Below are positions 35,301 through 47,800 of a stretch of 64,000 nucleotides of DNA, in pieces. Location: contig OZ365110.1 in assembly GCA_977030845.1 (NCBI GenBank), positions 52,452,001-52,516,000 on the forward strand, written 5' to 3'. Under the pieces are notes generated by a model. The model made no database searches and was not told the origin of the DNA. It saw only the letters and a list, made by a program, of their open reading frames with translations. The translations under genes were made by a program, and so were the position numbers. Source of the stretch: Fimbriosthenelais zetlandica. Lineage: Eukaryota. Position 1 is the stretch's first letter; each line of letters starts with the position of its first letter.

Positions 35301-38300
35301 TCCCAGACCTAGATTGGACATCGACCTCTCAAATATAATACACTGTCCCCTCTATCCCTAACACCCATAAGTGAAGTGCAAGAAATATGACCCCCCAAAA
35401 ATCAATATAACTTTCAATTTTCAATATTGAAGAACCATGTAATCAATAGGTTGGCCAGCTCAGTTCGACCTCCTTACATTCGTCAAAACTTTCAATCCCA
35501 ACTTCTGATTCGGGACAGGTATTTAGATCTAACGCACCCAGATGACATTTCAAACTTGTTTTGGTGCTAGTAGTTGGTCCGACTTCAATCAGGGTCGTCC
35601 AGACTTGGTTAAAAGCCCATACACCGCCTCCCCTTCCTCCTGGTCCAAATGCACCAGATGACATACTCTTACAAGGCCACCAGGGACATGAATAATAGAT
35701 GAGTGAATGGATTATAGGATCATGACTTGACTCCAGGCTTGATACTAGTTAAAAGTGCATGACATAAGGATGGACTATATGATAATTATTATACATTATC
35801 ACGGTCTGGAAAGAGGATATTTTGACTGGATATCGTGAAGGTTTGTGTCCAAATTGTGAACTCAATTCATTTACTTCTCCATTTCTTCACAGGTCATAGG
35901 AATAATCAATGGTCTTATCATCTTGACAGCAAAACAAGTAAGTTCCTAACTTGGCCTTCCTAACTTGGCCTTTCACTTTGAATTAATAATTGCCAGAACT
36001 TATAAAGATATTGGCGAGTTTAATAAAAGTCTAAGGCAATCATTATTGGAATTGTATGACTTTCTTTCAGGTCCAGAAAAATGGGCTGAATTGTACCCAG
36101 ACAGATGTGGACCATCCAACAAGTTCCAATCACCCATTGATATCAGCAGTGCGGCATCCATTTTCTCAGAGGATTTGGATACAATTGATTTCATCGACAA
36201 ATCAGAGAGTGAGTCACAAGCAGAAGGGAAGGCCGAGCCCGAAGGGAAATCTGAGGAAGCAGAAGCGGAAGAGAATGAAAATGGAGAGAAAGATGAACAT
36301 AACGGCCATTCAGGGCATGATATGGGTGGCGCGCAGAGGGATGAGGGACACAAGGATGGTATGGAAGAAAAGTCCGAGGAAAAAAATGGCAGGAAAATGT
36401 CTCTTTTCAACAATGGTCACTCAGGTAGGTGTTGGTATAATGTCGATGTATTTAGTTATACTTTATCAAATATTTTAGCTTATTTCTGTGTAAATTTGTA
36501 TTTTATTTCGTGTACTTACAGCACAGGTGAATGTAGAAGAGGGAGATCAGTTCTTTATGAGCAGCGCACTTGGAACCCAATACAAAGTGGCCCAGATTCA
36601 CTTCCACTGGGGCAAGAATGGATCAGTTGGCTCTGAGCACAGGATCAATGGAGAAATGTACCATCTAGAGGTGAGTCTATTACAATGTATAACTCCATCC
36701 TACTGGTGGAGGCAAAACACCACATAGACCATTATGACATACGTTTTAGAAGTCCTAAAGATACATAGAACATTTTATTTTTGTTGGAGTGGGGGGTGGG
36801 GGTTGGGTGACCCTAGAAGTGAAACGAGAATACATTGTATTTATGCTCAAGATATGGGTTTCAAATCTGTTTTTCTAACTACTTTTTCAGATGCATGTTG
36901 TCACCTATGACCATGAGAAGTATAGTGCTCTAGGGGAGGCTGTAGGAACTAAAGATGGCCTTGCTGTATTTGCTGTGTTATTCAAGGTATTGTAATGATA
37001 TATGTAATATAACTAAAATTCAAAATATGTCATGTACAAGGCTACATAGTTTAAACCTGGCATCCTGTTAATATTGTCAATATCCTATTGATGCGGTCGA
37101 TGGGCTATTTCCTGTCACGTGAAAAGGATAGCAACGCGCTTAGCCCCGCCCACCGTGATGCAAACAAACGCGATTTCCGCCATCTTGGATATATTCGCGG
37201 CAGGACCTCCGCGGCCCCCATTTTTTTCTCTGTCTTGTGAACCATTTCTTGGCAAAATGGTGAGGTGTTGATCGTTGGAAGGGTGTAAAAACCGCGCCAC
37301 ATGCAATGACTAACAAGAGATTAGTTTTTTTAAGTTCTTGAATGCAGGAAATAGGTGACAAATGTGGGAGGAGAAATCACCAGACAGGTGAAGCTTGGCC
37401 CGGGTGGCGAAAGATGTTCTCGGGGAAAGTATACGGGCATTCACAGCCCGCGACAGCAAATCTTTGTTTGTATCGGTGTGGGAGAGGTTATCTAACCTTT
37501 CTCGATTATCAGACGCCATTATTTGCGTTTAAAATTAGTCCAAAACAAAATAGTTGGTCCCGTCTTCTGCCATTTTCACCTGTGTGATGTGTGGCGCCAG
37601 CGAAAAAAAGATGGCGGTACACCGGAAGTTTCAGTTTGTTTGCATCACCAAAACCCGTTGCTAGTCGGTGCACTGCTGCGCCACCTATAGTCACGTGACT
37701 TTCCGACCGCATCAATATAGATTTAGGAATGGATCCTGTCTTATTTTTAGCTCGGAAAACACAACACGAAGCTGAATAATGTGGTTAACAATCTGGAACA
37801 TGTCATCAAACCTGGTAAGCCAAATTATATCTCCTATCTTCACCATTTACACACCCATATGAGAAGTTACAGAGGCACTCGGAGCTAGTGAGGCCTCTAG
37901 TGTTTGTATCATGAACTAACCATCACAGACCTGCCATCTGTTATCTACCTTAGTAAACTGGTTGCTAGACAACTCTAGATAGCTACTAAGTCTAAGATGA
38001 AACTGAAATGTTTAAATAAAATCTATTCAACTATTTCAGGTGGTCATGATCATAAGGTGGCCATAGACTGGTTTGATATAGGTGCAGCTCTACCAGCGTC
38101 CCTCCAACGTTACTATAGATACGAGGGTTCCCTCACCACGCCAACGTGTGACGGGACGGTGAGGTGGACTGTGTTTGAAGAGCATCCATCTGTCTGCCCT
38201 AGCCAGGTAAACATCTATATTTTTTTTTATTAAATCTTTAGATAGGTACAGTTGGTCAATATTATTGAATAATAATATTGGTCTTCCCCAACACCCTGTT

Positions 38301-38830
38301 CCCCAAAGGAGCTTACAACTCTTTAGCAGTATCGTGTGAAATCTATGGCCTTGGACTTGGAGCCTGTTTCAAGAGTAAAATTAGCAATGCTAAGTCTATG
38401 GCTAATATTTGTTTTACAAAATATATTTCTGATATATCCTAGCACTCTAAAGATTTATATATTTGAATTTAAAATATTGTTATTGAATGTCCTTCAATCA
38501 ACCGATTGAATCAGATGGATGACATCCATTTAAGGACACATGAATTTCCTGAAAATGTTTCAATCTTTCACTTTCCAGCTCAAGAAATTTTACAATCTGA
38601 GAGAAGGCAGACGGGAAGACGGTGAACCAGTGCAACTAGAGAACAACTGGCGACCCCCACAGCCATTAAATGGCCGGGAAGTGCTGTCCAGCTTTATCCA
38701 CGGAGAGAAGGCGGTGAAATATAACGTGGTGCAGGGTCAAGATGGCAACACTGCCCCCAACCTCCGACTTCCCTCTCTGCTTCTTATTGTCTCTAGTTTT
38801 CTACTATATGTAGCAAAAAACGTAATGTGA
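29339..38830 (+). CDS. Alpha-carbonic anhydrase, secreted and probably GPI-anchored, complete 8-exon gene, 393 aa
   Basis: Exons 29339-29393, 35893-35937, 36071-36424, 36522-36670, 36891-36986, 37751-37814, 38040-38206, 38579-38830 join in phase (1182 nt). Signal peptide MGQIYLLVLALALGIASA; WSY; C..QSPIDI; NNGHS; zinc ligands QIHFHWG and EMHVV; GSEH; YEGSLTTPTC; NWRPPQPLNGR; hydrophobic C-terminus LPSLLLIVSSFLLYV. Confidence 0.93.
35893..35937 (+). CDS. Carbonic anhydrase exon 2
   Basis: cacag|GHRNNQWSYHLDSKT|gtaagt. Confidence 0.87.
36071..36424 (+). CDS. Carbonic anhydrase exon 3 (contains the acidic insert)
   Basis: PEKWAELYPDRCGPSNKFQSPIDI..insert..SLFNNGHS|gtaggt. Confidence 0.92.
36522..36670 (+). 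CDS. Carbonic anhydrase exon 4
   Basis: AQVNV..YKVAQIHFHWG..GSEHRINGEMYHLE|gtgagt. Confidence 0.95.
36891..36986 (+). CDS. Carbonic anhydrase exon 5
   Basis: MHVVTYDHEKYSALGEAVGTKDGLAVFAVLFK; third zinc His. Confidence 0.94.
37086..37717. mobile_element. GC-richer MITE in carbonic anhydrase intron 5
   Basis: 14-bp inverted repeat TATTGATGCGGTCG / CGACCGCATCAATA (the outer TA may be the TSD); subterminal GTCACGTGA at both ends. Confidence 0.72.
37751..37814 (+). CDS. Carbonic anhydrase exon 6
   Basis: ttttag|LGKHNTKLNNVVNNLEHVIKP|gtaagc; phase 0-1. Confidence 0.88.
38040..38206 (+). CDS. Carbonic anhydrase exon 7
   Basis: LPASLQRYYRYEGSLTTPTCDGTVRWTVF. Confidence 0.95.
38579..38830 (+). 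CDS. Carbonic anhydrase exon 8 (C-terminus, probable GPI signal)
   Basis: LKKFYNL..ENNWRPPQPLNGREVLSSF..hydrophobic tail, TGA. Confidence 0.92.
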   Translation, partial: LKKFYNLREGRREDGEPVQLENNWRPPQPLNGREVLSSFIHGEKAVKYNVVQGQDGNTAPNLRLPSLLLIVSSFLLYVAKNVM

Positions 38831-41800
38831 TTGTCATAATTAGTATCTAGTTGCCATAATAAGGTGTCTACGAGGTACAAACTGAATGTCAACTGCTTCT
38901 ATAATTGATTGTCATTCATAGCAAAGGAGTGGTGGGCGATCTGCCATACTACAGGTAGACTTCTTATCCAGGTCCAGCTCCATTGGATTAATGGAGGACC
39001 ATATATTCAGGTCCATTGCAGGTCCCTATAGGGTATGGGAATATAAAATTGTATAAGTATTACAAGAATGAGGGAAGGGTTGGTTGCCATGTTGTGAACT
39101 GGGACCTTAGTTTAGAAATATCAAGTTTTATGTCTGATTTAGCAAAGTGGCTTGAACATGCTGAACACACGAAGGTCTTAAGAATTTATGAACATTATTA
39201 ATTAACAATATTGTATGTATTTGTCAATCTGTCACTGATAGGACCGAATCAGAAGTAGCATGTGTGTTAGATAGTTGGTAAAAGTTGACAATAGAGCTAT
39301 AACCGTATTGAGTAATGAATGTGGGAATGATAGGGAATAATCACAGTTGTAAAAAGTAGCACATGTCTAATATTAATCATTCATATGTATTAATTAGTTC
39401 AAATAGGTTCTGAAATGTGTGTAGTTCTCTAGAGGAATGAGTTAACTAGATTGTTTTTAGTGTCGTAATTCACAAATTTATGTCTTTGGTGCTTTATGTA
39501 TATATATCTTGGTGAGACTGATCGACTGAGTATGTGATTGTACATCAGCTTGTATATATTTGCGTTCTTGATATTGGATGATTTCGATACCCGTTTGCCC
39601 CTCTCTCTAAATCTGGTCTCTCTTTGATCCTTAACTGTCCGATATCGCTCTTATTTGCCCTCATTTTCGTCTGTCAGATGTCGTACTGATCTTTCTCTCA
39701 TTCTGTCTGTTATCTGGTGCCGCTCTACGGCATTGTAATCTGTCTACCTTTCTGTCTCTGCATGCCTGTACTTATCTATCCACCTGTCTCTCCACATGTT
39801 TGAGGCTCGTATGAATTATCTATCTGCATACATACGTCTGTCCAACTGATCAATCTCCTATCATACAACTGTCCCAATTAATGTTCCCAACAGAGTGTAA
39901 CTGACTCTCTTAGAAATGTTAAATTTGTTATGAATAAATGAACTTCCATTACCATTAAATGCCTTGACTTTCATGATAATTCCGTCCCGTTAGAAACCAC
40001 GCATTAAATTCGTTGGAAAAACAAGCTGTTCTCAGAAAATGTCAGGAAGATGAAATATCACATGGAAAGAGGAAAGACTGCAACATAAAACTTGCTTGAA
40101 ATTCAAATCTGTCTGGCTGTGAAAAGTGAGAAAAGCTTCCAAAGTAGTTACAGAAGTTGACTTTGACAATAATTTGACATTGGTAAGATAATCGAGTTCA
40201 GTACAGTTTGCCGGTGAGGTGATATGGAGAAGTAGCATTATATATAGAGTCGTCTCATCATTACAAGTACAATCCAGTCTCAGTCATTAAGACAGTCCAT
40301 TATATACAGTGAACGTCATCATGACTGTTTCTAGTTCGGAAAATACCCTATAGAGGGCGCCCCTGAAGTGGTCAGAATCTATCCCTTCAATCCAACTCTA
40401 ACCAAAGAGCAGACGTCTGAAGAGATTCACATCAAACTATAGTATTCTCTCAGACTAACTCCGTGGTGAATGGTTAAGATGTAATTTTAAAGCTAATGTC
40501 TATTTATCTCTATTTGCGAACCATATTTTTTATATTCAATAGTTTTCAGTCTGGAAGCAGTTTATCATGAAAACAAATTCATTGCTGCATTCAGACATTG
40601 CAATAGTTCCTGACACACAGAGTCTCGAACCATTGAAATCTCTTATGAAAAAAGGATGCAGAAAGAATAGAGGGAGTTTATAAATGTACTTTTTCCCCAA
40701 TTTCCTGATGGGAATGAATGAAGAGTGCTTTAAAAGGCTATTATTTGCATTGCTCTGAAGAGTAAAAAAAACTGGTACACAAGACTAGTCACTTTTGTTA
40801 TGGAAGTCTGAAAAGTTCCGCATGTCATTGCAGATTGACATTGCAAAGGTGGTCAGCCAGGGGTGCTTGTTACAAGTGTAGATAGAGAGGAATGCAGTCA
40901 CATATCTTCAAAGCAAACTTGCATACGGCAGGAATGAATGGAGGTTGTGTTATTAATGATAGATACAATGCATTATGAATAACACTAGCTATATAAGCAG
41001 GTGAAATACGTGGCAGGATTTGCTTTATGGGCTTATCCAACATAAGGTAGCTATAAGCCCCAGACATCCCATTTTGTGATATATACAAAAAGAACATTTA
41101 CTAAAAGTTAGATAGCTTTTGTAGGAAAGGCAGGGGGATCATTTCACCCCAAGTCTGATATGAAAAAACATCTTTAGAGAGTAGATTGGAAACTTCAATC
41201 TCAATCGATATGATCTGACAAGAGTGTCTGAATGGACAGAGGATGTTTTATTTTAATATAGACCTAGGAAATAATCACTTTTGGGACAGAGATCCACATC
41301 AGCGTCAGAGATGCTACTCAAATCATGTAGCAGCGAGTCACTGACTGATCAAACGAGTATAGACTAGACTCCCACGAGAGCTGGACAGTGGTCAGAAAGG
41401 CCAAGTAAAGGTAGTGGTATCAAAGTTTACACCAGGAGGACTGTGAAGACAGTAATTTAATGGGCTCATTCAACGACCATAGGCTAGAATCATTGTTGTT
41501 CAATGGCACCAATATGAGGTCTAGTCCCTGCTGAAAATGTCTAAGCCTTAATAACAGAATGCAGAGAGGTACCATGTGAAGCCGGCAGCGGGTAGAGTGG
41601 GAGTGACTGGTGTGACAAGCCAGCCCCCCTCTCCAATATACAAAGCTACCACCTGGCCGTGGCTCTTCCCCGCACATATATGATCATATGGTAACATATA
41701 AGTATATATTTAGCAATATGGGAAACATTTTCATCCAAATGCCAAACACGGGTGTCTTTAAGAAAGTTCCGAGTGAGGCTTTGTGGATTAAAATAAACAG

Positions 41801-44800
41801 CTTTACTAAATCTTGTAAAATTTGGACTGTAAAATTTCTTTCACAACAGAATTTGGCCACGGGAAGTAGGGTTGTGTACGAATTAGAAAGTGGATAAATA
41901 TATATCAACTGTATATTAGCCTTACTGATGAGCCATCAGCCCAAAATACCTGGCAAAAGCGATGATCAAATAACTTATTTTGTTATTGTTTTATTGGGAA
42001 AATTAGACAAGAATAAAAACTTTGACTATGATTGCAAAAATGTTGTTTTTTCGTTTCTGCCACATCATGCAAAACCTGCCTGCTAGAAGTAGAAGAAAAT
42101 GGCTGAAAACATTGCTGTGATTGGTGGGAAGAATGATCACCTGACTCCCTTGTCAGCCAATGAACGAATGACTTGACATCCCTGTGGATCATTCCCTACT
42201 AGGGAAAGACATGGGATTTTAGGAAACCATGATATACACCCCTTAGACAATATTTATGAATATGGGTTCCTTGGTTTGAGGAGCAAAATATAAACCACAA
42301 CTAAAAATGGTTAAACAATTTCTAAATACACAGCTGGCTGAGAGACTGAAAATCAACATGAAGTCCCCCTTTAAGGAATGAGCACAAGGGTCAAAATTTG
42401 GAGCTTGGCTGGGGACAAGTGAATGACATCTAGCTAATGCATGGACATGATTCGGGAAGAGTGATCATGATTGATCGTTTGTAAGGCTTCTTCTGATTGG
42501 CAGATTCACTCGTGAAAGCCATCCCACCACCGGAAGTTAGCCTGCATGCCATGTATTCCTTTATATATTCCCGAACTTTTACTATTACGAATGCTTAATT
42601 CTCAAGCAAAATGAAAAACAAAAATACATACTTCAACTTTACATGAACCCAATCCTGAGAGAACAATTTGGAATCGTTCCCTCATTTGAACCTGATAAAA
42701 TTTTGCATTACATTACGTCACTTTCAATCAATGGGCTGTGAGAATTATGCCGATGTAGTTGACAGGAAAGCTTCGTAAAATCTATTGACTATTCAGTATA
42801 AATAAATATTGACAAGTATTCCCAGCAAAATAGGAATTTGTTACTAAAAAATATTACGAAAACTCCAAATGTCAATATCAACGCACTCACAGATCACATT
42901 TTAGTAATTTAGCATTTATAACCACTAATCAACTAAGCGCATGAGAATCTTATCCATCTTATAAGTATTCTGTGAAAGGACCGGAGAACAGATTTTAGCC
43001 CCAATGCAACTCTTTCAAGTTACACTACACCTGCAAACAAAAGTGCCCACAGTGTGGTAATGTCTGCACTCCTAATGCCCCATATTATAGTAAGAATAGT
43101 CCAAAATGAGAGCGTATAAAACATGAGAAATGATTCAAGACTTGAGGGAAGGGATGAGGGACTTTGGAAGGTGACACCTACAATACGTCAGAAAGAGGTG
43201 GATTATATATAGAGATATTATAGAAGAAAGGAGACAAAGGGGATTACTACCCCATGAGGACATTATGTCAGTAGATTATAGATATGATAGAGTTGCTTCC
43301 TTTAGGGATATAAACAGAGATTTTCCAGCTTAATTATTGTTTGCAAACTTTACTTGTTGGCCAATTTGGGCGCAACTTTTATCAAAACATCCTGATGTAA
43401 ACCTTTTTTCATTTTGGATGCTATCACGAGCTTTAATAATAAAAAAAAAATATTATAAAAATTAATTATAAAAATATTAGGACTTATTTAATTTCCTATC
43501 ACGGTTTTGTACTGTACATTGACTTTAAGACACTTTAAGTATCCAGAGATCTGTGACACAAAGTCAAATCTGCGTCCTTAGTGGAGGACTTGAAATTAAC
43601 TTCTTCTCTTTGAGTCAGGCCTAACAAAGTGGAAGAATTGAAATTGGCTTGTACGGTAGATTAAGTTCTTTCAGGCCCTCTGATACCAAGTAAAAAGTAT
43701 CTCTAGCGAAACTTTGAAAGGCAAATCAATCATTGTTAGACAAAGTGGGGCCATCGAATTCACCCGGCAACAATTCTAAACAAATGTCCATGATTTTCAG
43801 TCTGATTTTAATCAGAATTGGTCAGTTGTTTATGGTTCTGCAGATGTTTTAAAGCCCAGCTGGCATTGTGTTTTGGATAAGAACAGATCCAAGAAGATCA
43901 GCTGAAGGACGATGGCGTTTTACGACAGAGGAAAAATTCTCCATTTTGACGTTTAATAAAAAAAACAGAGCATGAAAGATTGGATAAGAAATTAAACTCT
44001 GGCTGCCTCTTCACTGCAGCTTCTGTCCATACCAAGCCTCTGAAAAGTTATAAGGTCGACCTGCTTTCAACAATTACCAGGTTACTTAAAAATAAAATCA
44101 GGTAGAAATAATCCGAAATGCTCCTTTACCCAATCCCCTGAGAAAATGTCATCCTTCAAAAGAAATCTTTGCACAATTTTAGGTTCAGCTGCAGTACAAA
44201 AGACAATGACGTGTTGCACCAAAACACTTTCTGCATACATGAATACTTCGTAAATGAAAATAAAACAAAATACTTCGCATATTTCGCGATATTTATCGGA
44301 AATTCGGTTATCATCAGTTAGGTTTGAACTTTATCATACTCTAGAGAGAGTGGGAAATGTGTGTCTTAAGTGAACTAGGCAAAAGAAGTGTCAGAGAGTG
44401 GAGGTCGTAGCTGTAAAATTGAAATGACATGAACGAGAGCCGAGGTACTTTAAACAGAATTGATTTCCATTTGAAATTGAAAAGAAGATGCCCACCCTTG
44501 CCTCCTCCTCCAACCCCTCACCTCCAATCAACTGTCCTTGAGAAGAGTCTTAGAGATTTAACGAAGCTAGGAAAGATCGATGGATAGAGAGCACTAGGCT
44601 ATCTAGATTGAAAATTTGATTCCAACCCTCCCACTGGGAGATAAGAGGTTTTTATTCTCATAACACTAATGAATGCTGTTCATTTAGATTCTCGACTATG
44701 CTGATTTAAATGGTTTGCCGGGATGAAAATAAGATAAAAATACGTCCGTTTGCTCGAATAATAATTGCAATCTGGCATCTTGTTATGTTTGATGTGACAT

Positions 44801-47800
44801 TGCAAAAGACGCTTGAAGGGAAAGGGCTGAAGTAGCTAAAATCATTATGACTATGAATCTCGATGTCCCAAACTGACCAAAAGGTAAATCATGAAAATAT
44901 TCAAATTCACAATTATTCTCTACATAATGAGAATAACTTTGAAAGTAAATACACAGTTCATTAGTTATGTGATCAATGTGATTGTGGTGGGAATTTAACA
45001 GAAGGCGTTACAATCTCTATCTAATGAGAAGGGGTGGATACATACAAATATTTCTGTAAAATATTTCAATATTAGACTATGACTATGACACATGCACTGA
45101 TCCTTGTGTTCTGTTTGAGACAAACCCCGGGAGTTATTCTTGGAAAGATCCGTTCTTAAGAGGGGCTTACCAGCAGAATAATGAAGCTCTAGTTCCAGGA
45201 CATAGCTATCCTATAAAAGACAACGAATCTATTGTCCTGGTTAAAAGACGTGACAATCTTATACGTGCATCAGAGCATCATGTATCACAGCATGTATCAG
45301 AGCTGCCACTTCCATAATTGGCCATTGTCTTTACGAATGCATGTCCATTGCCTTTAATACGACCTAAAAGTCAGTCGTGTTGAATCAAAATTGTTACATC
45401 AGAAATGAATCCGTTTCGTAAAATCGTCCAGAAATGATTTATTGTCGGCATTATTGTCAAGAAGCATGCGTCTTTAGATGAAAGTGGGCAAAACATCCCA
45501 AGTGAAAAACAGCATAATGAAGATTAACGGTGAATGAAGTGGAGTACTTCATTCTGAATGTGAGCTGGATTTGTGGTTATATGGATTGGAAGAAGCCTTG
45601 ATTGGACAGGGACTTGATACGTATATACATACATGCATGTAAAGGCAATCTTATGTTTTCATAAGCTACTCTCGTCACATTTCAAAGAGTAGAAATAACT
45701 ATCCCTGAAAAAGCTCACCCAAAACTTTCAAGGACCTTTTGGTAAATCCTTGAAGCAAGGACCTTTCATGACAATAAATCCCTCGCTGCCCTTGACATTA
45801 GAGATAATCCTTACAGAGGTCGCTCTCGGCATAAAGCATTGTGGTCATTTTCACGGATGCCGGCGAAGTCAAATGAGGGATGGAAAATAAGCCTCTAGTG
45901 CGGAAGGTGGAGAGAAGTGAGGATGAAACGGAATAGCCTTGGGTGGTACAGTTTCTGTACCTGGGGACAGATGAGGCATATCAACGACTACTTCAAGGTT
46001 ACTCCGCCCCTCATTACTGTACATAGGCCTTCACTTCATACTGCAACTTCTTTTCTTTTTCTTTAAATAGGACATATCCAATCAACTTACTTCGACTTAA
46101 AAAGGGACACGGATGGATAAAGAAGTCAAGGTTGAATACAGTCGATAATTTGGGAAGGCCTTTGTTGAAGTTTTTCTAGACCAAAATCTAAGTATATATC
46201 TCTTTTGGCATTTTTTTTATCAGCTTTGCCTCAGACAGGGTGGATCTAAATACGAAATGTTAACAATCAAGCACGCTTTTTAGTTTGGAACTATTTTTTT
46301 TTGTGTTAAAATCAATTTAAACACGGAAGTGTCTATACTAAATACTAAAATACTGTTGCCACATCCATGTCCAATTAATGGAGGTTTGTAGTGCCTGAAT
46401 TGGAAAGGATGTGAAAATGATTTAAGCCAGGCATAGTCAGTGGCATGCAGAAAGTCATGGAGGTATTCCTTTCCTGCCAGCCAGCCTTCAGCCTCCGCCA
46501 TTATAGTTACATGATTAATGAGATCATTACACAGCCTCTATGATGGATTCCTTATAATATGGGCAAAGAGGGATTAATTTCTTTACTTAAAGTATAGAAA
46601 GTGGAGCCCTGAATCACATATACTCCACATGGCAATCACACTATATCAGAGAATTACATGCTACAGTATTAAACAAAATAGAGGGGGAAGTCGTTCAATC
46701 AAAGCTATTTATCAAACTTAGACGGACAATTTTCCCAAAGGCTGCTGCATGGGTAAGCAGCATCATTGGGCTCTGTCGTTTGAAACTTTTAGAGGACGTC
46801 ACAGAGCAATGGTGGAAAATGGTACACATCTGGCATGACCTCATCGTTTTTTTTCCTTCTTTTTCTGGAAAGAATCATTTGCAGTTGGGAGAGACCCCGC
46901 CGTGTCTACTTTTGCATGGAGTCCATATAGTTCCTTATCCAAGTCATTAGCTGGCCTCTAGGTGGTCGCAGCAAGAACTAGAGAGCTAAGATATCCCAGG
47001 TGTTTCAGGCTGCTTTTATGGAGTCCCCACTGCCCCCTGATCAGCTGACCGGAAGAAAGGTCATTTCCGGTTCAGGCTTTCTCTGCTAGACTCTGCTTCA
47101 GAGAGGTTAGCCTCAAACGGGGGCCATGTGGTGACAGAAGGACGAGACTAGCCTTCTTATTTTCAATATAATTTATAGACTAAGTGAATGAGGCTGTCAA
47201 TAGAGGTAGCATTAAACACTAGATACCCACTCAGCGACACACAGACACGTACAATGATCAGACATTAAGTCCAACTTCCGTCCACAGGAAGTGCTGACCT
47301 AAGGGAAATAATACCCGATGAAAAATATGCTCGCCATCCAGATATTGGTTACTTGAGACAGCAGAAACGATTGGAAGGTCTGATTCCAATTTTCAATAGA
47401 ACGATCTCTAGTCCCTGATACAGAAAATCTGAGAGAAATGTACATTTTCTCATTTTTATCAAAAAACCGGGATCGTCGTACCTCTTATTGCAATTCATGT
47501 CAATTCGTCTGTCAATTCCCCTGTGATCTTAAAGTTCTTCTTTATTAGAAAGGAACACTATCCTCAAAATATTATAAAGAATTTCATAGCAACAGGGTGG
47601 AATTTCAGAAGCGAATTTCACCTTTTCGCCAGGTGAAATTGTACTTATCCATCGGTATTATTTGAATTCAAAGAACCTCTCCAAGGAGTTGGGAACTTGA
47701 GGCGGTTGGACAATACCATGGTAATTATCAGCATTTTCAACCGGAAGTAGGGATATTCTCACCCATCATATCCTGTGTGAGGTAGCAATACAAGATGGGA

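Noticed and set aside
36000-36478. Overlapping 137-aa (-) and 140-aa (+) ORFs over CA exon 3
   Set aside because: By-products of the purine-rich low-complexity insert; only the CA frame fits the splice phases.
29339-38830. Calling the carbonic anhydrase nacrein
   Set aside because: There is no Gly-Xaa-Asn repeat, the insert is at a different position, and it has a hydrophobic GPI-like tail.
2788-38830. Minor (U12) or non-canonical introns in the three genes
   Set aside because: All inferred junctions are GT-AG and none has the U12 donor GTATCCT or AT-AC ends.
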